A stretch of 63,342 nt of DNA from a virus (lineage: Duplodnaviria > Caudoviricetes), in IMG/VR virus record IMGVR_UViG_3300042549_000809, positions 1 through 63,342 of that record. One strand, given 5' to 3'. This document shows positions 29,101 to 36,630 of this stretch, in pieces. A program made the translations under genes and the position numbers. How positions within the stretch are numbered: position 1 is the first letter of the stretch; every line of letters starts with the position of its first letter. The notes under the pieces are model-generated. The model was not told where the DNA came from. It searched no databases and saw nothing but the letters and a program-made list of their open reading frames with translations.

Positions 29101-30526
29101 CCGATAAAGGCACAGCAGGTGGTGCCGTTGTTTCAAGGTCTACATTACGCGCAGCTTCCATCGCGGCCAAAGGACCAGACGGCACAATTGCTTCTGGCGG
29201 GGCTTCAGCTAGGGGCTCAAAAGTAAACGTAGGTTCTACACGTTCAGACGGTGCAGCTTCTGCTAAAGGCTCAAAAGTAAACGTAGGCTCTACACGTGTA
29301 GGCGTAACAGCGGCGGCGGGTGTAACAGGAGCGGCGGCAGCGGCGGGTTTTGGTGCTAGTGTGGGTTCAACTTTAGCTGGTGGTACAGCGCGCGTTTTTT
29401 CCGGCCCTTTAGCAACTTGTACGGCACTTGTACCCGCTTGAACCCCCCCGCCAACCAACGCCCCTACAGACGCAGCTTGCGCAATTCGTTTAGCATTTTT
29501 AGTACTAAGTACGTCACCCGTATCTTCGTTAAGTATTAACCGACTCGCCGCAATAACTTGGGTTCCTTCTTGAATACCTTCTGCAAGTCCTTCTTCCCCT
29601 GCTTGTTTAGCTATTTTTTTAACCGCTTCTTTAGCAATTGCCGCCCGAGCTTGCTCTTTAACAACCGCAGTTAAAGGGCGTCTAATTAATGCAGCGGCAG
29701 GGCCTAACACCCTATCAACCGCGCCTGATAATAACGCAGTGGTTAGGGTAACGTCGCCAGATTCTTGTACATACTTAGTTACAGCATCAGCGCGCTTCTG
29801 CGGGTCGGTTTCCCCCTTCGTCTGTTCAAGTATATAGTTGATGCGAGTATTAGTACCCCCACCCAGTTCCATACCAGTTCCCACCGCAAACACACCCGCT
29901 CCGCCAGTTGTAACCGCTGCGGCAATAATAGGTACAAGCTGAACGGCTCCAGCGCCAAAGTTAAACGCTGCCCAATCCCCAAAATCTTTTAACCCTGCAA
30001 TTTCAGTTACGTCTTCTGTGCGACCTTTGTTCTTTTTATTTTCTTCCTGATATTGCTGAAGCGTTTTTATTGTGGCGTTAACAAATTCTTTACGGTCTTG
30101 TACTTCTTTGACCGCACGATCCCGCAGGTCCATACGCCCTTTCGGGTCGGATAGATAACGGTTAAGTGCGCGGCGCGTAAGGAAGTCGTCAGGTGCAACT
30201 TTAATTTTGTTTAGCTCGCCCTTGTCCACCTTATCGTACATGTCCAACATACGCAGGTTATTGGCAACTTGCGCTACATCTTTAGAAGCACTTAGCCCTT
30301 CCCATATAGATTTCAGGCCAATAATCCCAGACTTAACCCCTTTAGTTACCTGAGAGTCAGAGTTTGGCTCTGTTTTAGCAACCACAGGCTTAGCAGCTAC
30401 AGGCGTAGGCTTAGCAGCAACGGTAGGAGCGGCGGCAACAGGTTTAGCAGGAGCTCCCGCTTCGAGAGGTACAAACGTCAGGGCGGCGGGCTCTTGGTCT
30501 AATTCTTCTAGCGGAACAAAGTTCAT
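23102..30526 (-). CDS. Giant internal virion (ejection) protein with C-terminal lytic transglycosylase
   Basis: 2474 aa, last late gene; SLT motifs QESSG, GPMQI, AYFSG; internal LHEAFH. Confidence 0.8.
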   Translation of the reverse strand: MNFVPLEELDQEPAALTFVPLEAGAPAKPVAAAPTVAAKPTPVAAKPVVAKTEPNSDSQVTKGVKSGIIGLKSIWEGLSASKDVAQVANNLRMLDMYDKVDKGELNKIKVAPDDFLTRRALNRYLSDPKGRMDLRDRAVKEVQDRKEFVNATIKTLQQYQEENKKNKGRTEDVTEIAGLKDFGDWAAFNFGAGAVQLVPIIAAAVTTGGAGVFAVGTGMELGGGTNTRINYILEQTKGETDPQKRADAVTKYVQESGDVTLTTALLSGAVDRVLGPAAALIRRPLTAVVKEQARAAIAKEAVKKIAKQAGEEGLAEGIQEGTQVIAASRLILNEDTGDVLSTKNAKRIAQAASVGALVGGGVQAGTSAVQVAKGPEKTRAVPPAKVEPTLAPKPAAAAAPVTPAAAVTPTRVEPTFTFEPLAEAAPSERVEPTFTFEPLAEAPPEAIVPSGPLAAMEAARNVDLETTAPPAVPLSALEAARAPELEAEPPAPAEPLAAMIAARTPEIEVEPPVPEAVAPPPAVPEDVRFRQLADAFEAQGEMADDAEMLAAQTIADERRATMQQVAAADTTGAAERAQLQAEAPDVIPEPPSYVTEPIADQYGYEVPSGTEGAPGGVSSAIDRGLASAESLAGRFDVREEPKPAAITAVDQVAGQIQTALNRDPYADVGWAVGEQWMQNKLAEGLPPDEHTESVFERFNDLAERGHPFGAKPVQPRAAIPTEIPRVAEAPQAVEAKEERPEAPAAAPAVTTTPEINTAKDLLTAIDKGGVPLNPAKLNNVARDIGLDVSKSAKPEETIRRIRNAVERAEAPAVTEPAPLELEAARREELEVEPPAIAQVKASEAAMTKAGTARQRAPGAGRPKSEIAKTPEDRKAQTGAINKFNRDVTALVTAAKKYQQPTGQFPTEREYDYAEAARIQNLEKLRKELHKLSLVKSPQAGYITAKSYIRGLKPAEAARAKALHEGAELAKLPTKPPATLTPRQLERFRKGEAAPAKGRPKAGVAEKELPAGMYWAPAADLRAATSMTEAEYEEYLNPPVEKEIPSVTIRDTLKAEGLTDKQIDAAIKATEEPPAEESESRGTITRVADPAYDKFDNLQDALAHIIRTGNNVEQQLAAHLLDKSNIGGIKEVDFAVVQKQDRASQAKKALDKDARGLYMLHPDGSASVYVRGDSYGEGQRGNNAGTVLHEAFHAAGNQKINYALLAEKYGEKVDPSLADAVAQLNDLMGRAKEVYDAKEAAGELTPELKSLDFGSAFTNVKEFYAYGMTSPAMQSFLTNDVPGTNAKSSGFTLFVDIIMKLLRIDPSLRSGMKDLILISQDISVAPTPSSAAVAQMLIKENQSLVSAAKNQEKETYRALDKLAKTKTASETVEQLSSLTNVARDPKLWGDYLKLNYRNMATPAYKAYLANMPTEVLISTGTDMGIGGLKDVNAGVQKMAQFRTKKLNVVQETATPWIKLGAKESSKLADVMHMATDIQVDPATNKSNDKLNAMWKALTPEAKKVYTSVRDFYKNNYDLYRGLLNKRVEMSSAEGSVDDPTSDKGKLAAAVRATYEAGAKVSPYFPLMRYGDYYVSFGKGKNAEFQMFETAGLRDAYVEARVKELNASGDKRTFEQMITDMDADVGNSLDKLRDKAMASSPILKNLFSLVDSTTNLTDETRGDIKNEIFQLHLATLPEASFRKQFITRKGTAGFSGDALRNFINSGTRFANQLARIKYGPDIMNGIDAADESLKGNPDKAKLGMLVDEVRIRAKAEVSPDITDTFGDKFARFSNKFAFVWLLTSAKSAANQMFSLANFTAPTLAKYYGWGAVGAEMTRFMTAAHQQIGVTKVDRAGNTKLTLPSLAASAEVRNNPELRRAAQEMIDRGISTNTQTNDLFMRKGQPSADYNPYTANAVQAMGFLFHNAERLSKEVAFMTAFRLARKAGKSFDEAINSAVDITNESLFDYSTWNAPRTMRSAPARVVTQFLKFPLFATVYLVRNFAQMIKPMDGMTRRASARAFFGTLGITGLMAGVPGLPFYSVIMGVAQGIKNLMKDDDEEEVLEEMNVKKWFENIFLPDFFGGAKFAGMKLSEIAASGVLNAASGYDFATGISMDFWLKGGKESAGWKNAYQDFILSHLGPAVGAWSVAASGIDDLVKGDYKKGAEKLSPAFFRGAITASRYAEEGARTPSGDVVKEAGEFTEPQLMMQRLGFKTTGLAQEASDRFYINQQLTKIKDMRKNLINQLDHAAVYDNDEQYDKVRDKIDNFNDRFPHSESKITSEDIQRALEAREKRRRQSERGLYVERPYRDIEDVRERGLRLLEGEAAKPKSEPKSEPKMEFKPIDPAVDSPPPAKVSEFRLNNAIEEEGAAHLTPVITAIFNQESSGGKDTRTSVDDARGPMQIIPSTFKMYAKEGERINDPADNMRVGVRYIKDIASKYGDDPARIATAYFSGEGNVNKGKGNAWKQDYADGNGKRTSAYARDVVNRIEKMKEK

Positions 30527-33324
30527 TTTTGGGCGTATCCAATAAGGTTTCCTTCGCTGTTCAGAACTTCCCAGCCCTTGTCAGTCTGTTTACCAATACT
30601 GGCCCCCGGAGGAGCTTTGTTTATTTTACTTATATCAGGCTTATCATCGGCAGCAGGGGCAGCAGGTTTAGCAGCGGCAGCAGGGGCAGCAGGTTTAGCA
30701 TCGGCAGGTGGATTGAACCGTGATGTTACCGCGTCCCTAATAGCTTTTTCTGCGGCCTTAGTTGCGCTACCTTCATCGCCGGGGTTTTTTCCTGCGGCTT
30801 TATCCGCAGCTCTAGCGGCTTTAAGTGCATCACGGTTGGGTCTTGTATCCATTTCCGTTGCGACGGCAGCGTCAATCTTAGCCTGTTTACCCGCCCCTGC
30901 CGCAGTTGTGGCCGCCTCTGCTTGTTGCGCACGGATATCGTACTGCTTACTTTCTTGCAGGTATTGGCTTGACGCTTTAGCCATCGTAGCCGCGCCCGGT
31001 TTTTCGCCATTAGCAATAAGGGCGTCGTAGTTAATCGCCACACCGTTCATATAGTCAGTGCGTTTATCAACTTCCATACGCTTCAACTCTTTTTCCAGTA
31101 TGCCTTTAGCAGCGGCACGGGTTTCTTCAGATTGCATCTGTGCCATAGTTCTAGCCATTGCTGCATTTGCCGTAATAGCATCTCTAGCCGCCGCAGCTTT
31201 TGCACCAAACTCAGTTGCTCCGCGTGCTTCTTGCATCTCTGTTACGGTTTTGCTTATGTTAAACAGATTCTCGCCAGCCCTAATTTGCTCGGCTTGCGCG
31301 TCTTTAAAGCTACCGCTCTTCTCAAGGTAGATTGACTTGTTCAGATCAGTGATGACGGCGTCTGCCTCAGCGAGTAAGCGTTTACGTTCTTTCTTGTCCA
31401 AGTTTGTATTAGCAATGTACTCCCTACCAGCCTTAGCAGCGGCAACCATCGTAGGGCCGGGGGTTGAGCCCCATGTCATCAGAAACTCAGTAAAGCGATT
31501 CATTGCTTCTTCTTTAGCTTCTCCTTGGAGATCAGTCTTCCGCTTTTCTTGCTTTTCGATTGCGTCTTGCAGGAACTGTGGATCGATGCCAAACTTTTTC
31601 TTTAGCTCGTTTTGTTCTTGCAAACGTTGTTCTAGGGGTTTGTCAGCTTCTGCTTGGCGAGCAGTCCTTAACTTTTCTAATTCTAATGCCCCCGTGCTAG
31701 CTTTCAACTCTGGCATCCCCGCAATACCACCAGCCGTCGGCGCAGGAGGGGCAGGAGGGGCAGGAGGGGCAACGGCAACAGGAGGAGCTTCGGCAACGGC
31801 GGCAGGAGCAGCAAGAGCGGCGGCAGGAGCGACGACATCAGCAGGAGCGCCATCACTTAGTTTTTCTCTAAGCCCAGCAAGAATGCCTGCCATCTGGGTT
31901 TCCCCGGTTCCGGGTTTTTCTGCTGTATCTCTTTCCGCTTCGTCTTTAAGTCGCTCTACTTCTTTATCGTGTACTGTCGTACCTTCTTTGAACGCAATGA
32001 TGCCGCCCGCAGCCATAGCGCTGTTCCGAGCTTGCTTTCTAAAGTCTGCTTCTGCTTTCAGGTAACTCTTAGTCTCGTTGTCAGTTGCAGCGTCACTGAG
32101 CTTCTGGCCGATCTGCTGGTCACCCATCTTCTTAGCAATGTACGGCATCTCGTCAGGATTAACCCCTGTGGCAATACCACCAGCCGCCATCGACTTAACC
32201 GAACCGCCTTCCATGAAGCCATACTGTTTGGCTTGGTTAGCTAGCTGCATCCCTGTACCCATAGAGCCAGCGAACTGCGAAGCCGCTGAGGGTTGTGCAG
32301 CATAGGAACTTGTTGTACTGGCTTGCATAGGCAGACCGCGCAGCATGTTCGACATCACACCCAACTGCATCAGTGGGTACTGCTGTTGCGTCGCATAGTT
32401 CTGCATCGCTTGGTTGATGCGTGCTTGTTCCAACGCTTGCTGCTGAGCACCGGCTTGGGCTTGTGCCCCAAGGATTCCCGTCTGTTGACCGTATTGCTGT
32501 TGCCCCAGTGCACCTAACTGCGCTGCCATAGCCCCAGATTGCTGAACACCTTGCATACCAAGGCCAGCACCGTACTGCTTGGACTGCTCCGCCATCTGTT
32601 GAGCTTGTTGCGTGCGTTGCTGCTCGGCGTTGAACTGAGCTTGGGCTTGCTGATACGCAGCTTGCGAACCCTGTGCTTGGATGTCACCCTTTTGTTGAGC
32701 GAGGTTCCGCGCTGCTTCTGCTTCCATGATTGCTTGGCGGGAACCACCAAACGCCCCTGCGCCCGCAGCTTGTGCGCCACGTTGAGTACCAGCAATGTCG
32801 GCTTGACGTTGAGCTTCGCGTGTCTGGATGTCTACGACGTTTTGCATGTACGGCGACATATAGCTAGCAGCAGTACCGGCACCAGTAAAAGAACTTGTAT
32901 CAAACGTACCTGTGTCGTACTGTCCTGCACCTAGAGCCCGTCCTGCGAGGTTAGCCGTCATCTGACTAGCTGCACCTGTTTGCCCCGGTACCGCCATATT
33001 AGCTATACCGCTTTGAGCCTGCTGTTGCAACGGCGAGAACCCAGCCACTGCCGCCTTAGCTTGATCTTGCGCAGTATTAAGGATGTTGCCTTGGTCATCA
33101 ATTGCAGCGCCGTAGGGGGCAAAAGGCCGGAAACCCGTAACCTGCCCACCTTCGTCGATATTAAACAGTTGCTTCTGCGTTGCACCCAGCATCGTTTCTG
33201 CATAGGGTTGCAAGTACTCAGGGATGTTAGACGTGTAGCTGGTACTTTGCCCGCCACCACCGCCGCCGGGGTAAACGCGTGAACCATCACGACTATAGCC
33301 ATTGAACTTATTGCGTATCAGCAT
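30523..33324 (-). CDS. Internal virion / DNA ejection protein
   Basis: Gln/Ala-rich, GAFGGSRQA motif, position before the giant protein. Confidence 0.7.
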   Translation of the reverse strand: MLIRNKFNGYSRDGSRVYPGGGGGGQSTSYTSNIPEYLQPYAETMLGATQKQLFNIDEGGQVTGFRPFAPYGAAIDDQGNILNTAQDQAKAAVAGFSPLQQQAQSGIANMAVPGQTGAASQMTANLAGRALGAGQYDTGTFDTSSFTGAGTAASYMSPYMQNVVDIQTREAQRQADIAGTQRGAQAAGAGAFGGSRQAIMEAEAARNLAQQKGDIQAQGSQAAYQQAQAQFNAEQQRTQQAQQMAEQSKQYGAGLGMQGVQQSGAMAAQLGALGQQQYGQQTGILGAQAQAGAQQQALEQARINQAMQNYATQQQYPLMQLGVMSNMLRGLPMQASTTSSYAAQPSAASQFAGSMGTGMQLANQAKQYGFMEGGSVKSMAAGGIATGVNPDEMPYIAKKMGDQQIGQKLSDAATDNETKSYLKAEADFRKQARNSAMAAGGIIAFKEGTTVHDKEVERLKDEAERDTAEKPGTGETQMAGILAGLREKLSDGAPADVVAPAAALAAPAAVAEAPPVAVAPPAPPAPPAPTAGGIAGMPELKASTGALELEKLRTARQAEADKPLEQRLQEQNELKKKFGIDPQFLQDAIEKQEKRKTDLQGEAKEEAMNRFTEFLMTWGSTPGPTMVAAAKAGREYIANTNLDKKERKRLLAEADAVITDLNKSIYLEKSGSFKDAQAEQIRAGENLFNISKTVTEMQEARGATEFGAKAAAARDAITANAAMARTMAQMQSEETRAAAKGILEKELKRMEVDKRTDYMNGVAINYDALIANGEKPGAATMAKASSQYLQESKQYDIRAQQAEAATTAAGAGKQAKIDAAVATEMDTRPNRDALKAARAADKAAGKNPGDEGSATKAAEKAIRDAVTSRFNPPADAKPAAPAAAAKPAAPAADDKPDISKINKAPPGASIGKQTDKGWEVLNSEGNLIGYAQK

Positions 33325-33722
33325 ATTTTTACCCCTACGATTCGATATTTTTCTTCAAGGCCGTACCTAGTCCACAACCGCGCAATTGCTTCACGTGCTG
33401 CGCCTTCTAAGTACGTCGCCCCGAAATTGTTAAGCAACTGTTTAAACTGTGTAAATGTTTCTTTGCTCGATATTAACTTGCCGCCCATCGCAACAACAAA
33501 CGCTACACGGTCTGAAGGACGGTTAAAAAAGTTAATCACCGCCGCACCTTGCACACCATCTTCGTCTACTGCAACCACCAACATCCACTGCCCTGTAGCT
33601 ACATAAACCTTAACTTGGTCTAATGTGTAATCAGTTTGGTAGCCCAAGGCGCTCTGTAAATGCGCCTCCACTAAGGGCCATGTCTGATTAACAAACTCTG
33701 TAGCTACATGCTGTATTTTCAT
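33318..33722 (-). CDS. GNAT-like protein (P22 gp14 / T7 gp13 position)
   Basis: 134 aa alpha/beta pattern, GAAR..IARLW..YG; precedes an ejection protein. Confidence 0.5.
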   Translation of the reverse strand: MKIQHVATEFVNQTWPLVEAHLQSALGYQTDYTLDQVKVYVATGQWMLVVAVDEDGVQGAAVINFFNRPSDRVAFVVAMGGKLISSKETFTQFKQLLNNFGATYLEGAAREAIARLWTRYGLEEKYRIVGVKIC

Positions 33723-36253
33723 TTAGGCATATGTTTGCGTGGGTCGACTTGTTTACCTTGTTTTGAGTTGCCGGTACGTGCCTTGCGGATACGGCTCATC
33801 ATAGCGTAAAGTTGCTTAGCGCCGGCTTCTGTAGAGCCATTACCCAAGTGCGATACCACGTCCGCAGGGATAACAAACTCGCCGTCAGCCAACCGAGCAG
33901 GTTGCCGCTTACCAATCATCGCAGGGATGTGGTCACTCATGCCATCGCCCGGACCTTTGAGTAAGTGCCCACCGTCAGAGTAGCCGCCCAGATTCTGCGT
34001 AATACCGCCCTGTGCCATGTTAGCAAGGTTGACGTTGGTCTTAGGCATTTCAGTAACAGGCACTTTGTTTCTCTTGCCCAGCTTACCAAGACGCACTTGT
34101 GCCGCTGAATACGGGTCAAGTAAACGTGTGTCTACGTCATCATCGACGTTAATGCCCATCTCGTTCATGCGTTTTTGGTACGCAATCAAGTCTTCCAAGT
34201 CAGCTTGGCTTTGCTCTTCCGTTTTAATTCCTTGTAGCTTGGCGTACCTAGCTTGCAGAGCAGAGTCCTTATCTTCCGCGCTACCACCCGCTGCCATACC
34301 TTCTTCGCCCTTTGTAGCCATCGCTGCATATTGAGCCGCAGTTGTTGGTTTAGCTGCTTCATACGCGGCACTAGCGGTACCAATTTCTTTTAACGTAGGC
34401 GCATGCCCAAGTTGGGACTGAATAGCCTCGTAAGATAGCGTAGTAGGCGTGCCGATACCCGGGGTAAGCGGCGTTCTTGTGTAATCCACGTATTCAGGCA
34501 CATACACAGTTCTACGCATAGCTTCCATTGCGTCTTCGCGGGATATCCCGCTAGCTATCCCGCCGCCTGTCCCGCCTTCTGTAACCGCTAACTCTTCCGC
34601 TGTAGCTGGTGTAGTAGTCGTAGGCTTCGTAGTAGGCTTCGTGGTAGTCGTAATACCTTGGTTAAACTCTGTTTCCGCAACGGAAGGCGTGCTAGTGCCC
34701 GGAGTTACACCCGCAATAATGGCAGCTTTTTTAGCGTCAGGCGTATTCGCAACGGAAGACTGCTGGTACCAAGGAATCGCCGCGCCCGAAGCATCGGTGT
34801 AGTTCATGGCACTAAACGGCGTGTTTGCCGGGTCAAAAGTTTTTGGCTTTGCAGCGTCAATTTCAGCTTGCGACTTTACCGCTACCCCCGGAGTTACCCC
34901 TGCAATTACGGCAGCTTTTTTAGCGTCAGGTAAATTTACGTTGGCAGTTTGCTGATACCAAGGAATCGGTGTGCCCTTAACATCGGTGTAGTTCATGGCG
35001 CTAAAGCCAGACGGAGCCGTGTCAGCCTGCGCTGCCATCAACGGATTAGTTTGCGCTGCCATCAACGGATTACTAGCCGCAACTTGTTTAGCCGCAGCCG
35101 CCGCAACGGGAGACACAGTAGTAGCTGGAGCAGCCGTTGTAGTAGCTGCTTTAGGAACATTAACTGTAGCTACGGGCGCGGTCGAGGGGGCAACGGTTAA
35201 TTGACTCGCAGCAACAGCCGTACTCATTTCTTTCGCGGTTGGGGGGCGACCTAATTGACTTGTTAACTGAGCCTGTTTTTCGCCGTAGGTAGTACCACCT
35301 GTTGCATATCCCGCAATACCGCCTTGGGCAAAGCGTTCTATATCATCTTCATAGTCCGGCTGTTCCGCATCGCTAGCAATACCACCAACAGCGAGGCCAC
35401 GGCTATACACACCGCTTGGTGCAGAAGGTGCAAGAGTTGGCTGGAAGTTAGGCGATAAACCATAGCCGGGTTTAAACGCACGGCGTTTTGGGCCTTGCTG
35501 TCCTTGCATATACGAAACTGCCTGCATGCCCAATGACAACGCCGGAGCATTTTTTGTCATGAACTTCATGGCTTTTTCAATACCGGTACCTAACGAGTCA
35601 AGCCCACCTGCACCGGCTTCTAGCGTACCGCCTTGGGGGACGGGGTAATTAATACCTGTACCACCTTGCAGTGCCTGCGTCTCCTTTTGGCTTAAATTCT
35701 GAAGACTGCCCGCATCCGATGAAAACGGCTGTGTCCCCGTGTTGCCAATGTATTTATTTGCGGGCAGTGTTGGGTCAGAGAAAATACCTTGGTTCATCCC
35801 ATCTGGCGGCATTATATTTGCAGGAGGCTGCATAACAGTAGGTGCTATTTCCCCCGCAACTTCGAGCTGTTGTGGCCCAGCCTGCATTGACTGCAAAATG
35901 CCTTCCGAACCGGGGATAGTCCCAGTGGAAGAAGGAACACCAGCCGTAATCATAGGTATCGTATTCGCAGCGGTTTCGGCAACAGGTACTGTTGTAGCCC
36001 CGGGGAATTGCCCAGCTTGCATCGCCCCACTAATCGTTTCAAACATCGAAGGCGCAGCGGTAGTAGCAGCAGTGGTAGCGGCGGTAGCGGCAGCGGCGGC
36101 GGCGGCAGCTTCGGCAGCGGCAACGGCAGCGGCAGTACTAGACGCAATACCCGCCCCCTCAGCCATTGTTGCGAGGGATGCTATAGTCGCAGGGTCAAAA
36201 TAGAGCCGAACTCCGTCGCGGGAGTAACCGTTAAATTTATTTGGGATCATCAT
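33719..36253 (-). CDS. Internal virion protein with repeats and C-terminal GPGDG.SD.IP...GEFVIP domain
   Basis: Low-complexity Ala/Thr/Gly, six [MFYL]xxGG motifs. Confidence 0.7.
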   Translation of the reverse strand: MMIPNKFNGYSRDGVRLYFDPATIASLATMAEGAGIASSTAAAVAAAEAAAAAAAATAATTAATTAAPSMFETISGAMQAGQFPGATTVPVAETAANTIPMITAGVPSSTGTIPGSEGILQSMQAGPQQLEVAGEIAPTVMQPPANIMPPDGMNQGIFSDPTLPANKYIGNTGTQPFSSDAGSLQNLSQKETQALQGGTGINYPVPQGGTLEAGAGGLDSLGTGIEKAMKFMTKNAPALSLGMQAVSYMQGQQGPKRRAFKPGYGLSPNFQPTLAPSAPSGVYSRGLAVGGIASDAEQPDYEDDIERFAQGGIAGYATGGTTYGEKQAQLTSQLGRPPTAKEMSTAVAASQLTVAPSTAPVATVNVPKAATTTAAPATTVSPVAAAAAKQVAASNPLMAAQTNPLMAAQADTAPSGFSAMNYTDVKGTPIPWYQQTANVNLPDAKKAAVIAGVTPGVAVKSQAEIDAAKPKTFDPANTPFSAMNYTDASGAAIPWYQQSSVANTPDAKKAAIIAGVTPGTSTPSVAETEFNQGITTTTKPTTKPTTTTPATAEELAVTEGGTGGGIASGISREDAMEAMRRTVYVPEYVDYTRTPLTPGIGTPTTLSYEAIQSQLGHAPTLKEIGTASAAYEAAKPTTAAQYAAMATKGEEGMAAGGSAEDKDSALQARYAKLQGIKTEEQSQADLEDLIAYQKRMNEMGINVDDDVDTRLLDPYSAAQVRLGKLGKRNKVPVTEMPKTNVNLANMAQGGITQNLGGYSDGGHLLKGPGDGMSDHIPAMIGKRQPARLADGEFVIPADVVSHLGNGSTEAGAKQLYAMMSRIRKARTGNSKQGKQVDPRKHMPK

Positions 36254-36627
36254 AAGTAGTTACTCCTGTTGCATTTAAGCCAGATTTTACCGTTTTTTTC
36301 ATTTACTTTGACAAATCCTAGTCGTTCACAAAACCTTAGCCCTGCTTTGTTATCCGCGTTGACCAAAGTTATTGCACAACCGTGCTTATCAATTAGTTCA
36401 TTTAGTGTTTTTTTGATGTGGGGCTTAATTGAAGCCCGAGGCTTGCGCCCATACCCCACATGTAATTCGTTACCCTTGGTTAGCACTCCACCAATTACTT
36501 CCCCCTGCTCAACTAGCGGGGTTACATCCCAGCTTTTCAATGCGTTAATAAACGCGTCCCGCTCGTAAGGCACCCGGTCTTTGACCGACTCATACACCAT
36601 AACCAGTGCTTGTTCTTCTGGCGTCAC
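36250..36627 (-). CDS. GNAT-family acetyltransferase-like protein
   Basis: V...N..G.RFCERLGF, GNAT motif B pattern. Confidence 0.65.
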   Translation of the reverse strand: MTPEEQALVMVYESVKDRVPYERDAFINALKSWDVTPLVEQGEVIGGVLTKGNELHVGYGRKPRASIKPHIKKTLNELIDKHGCAITLVNADNKAGLRFCERLGFVKVNEKNGKIWLKCNRSNYL

Positions 36628-36630
36628 GGC

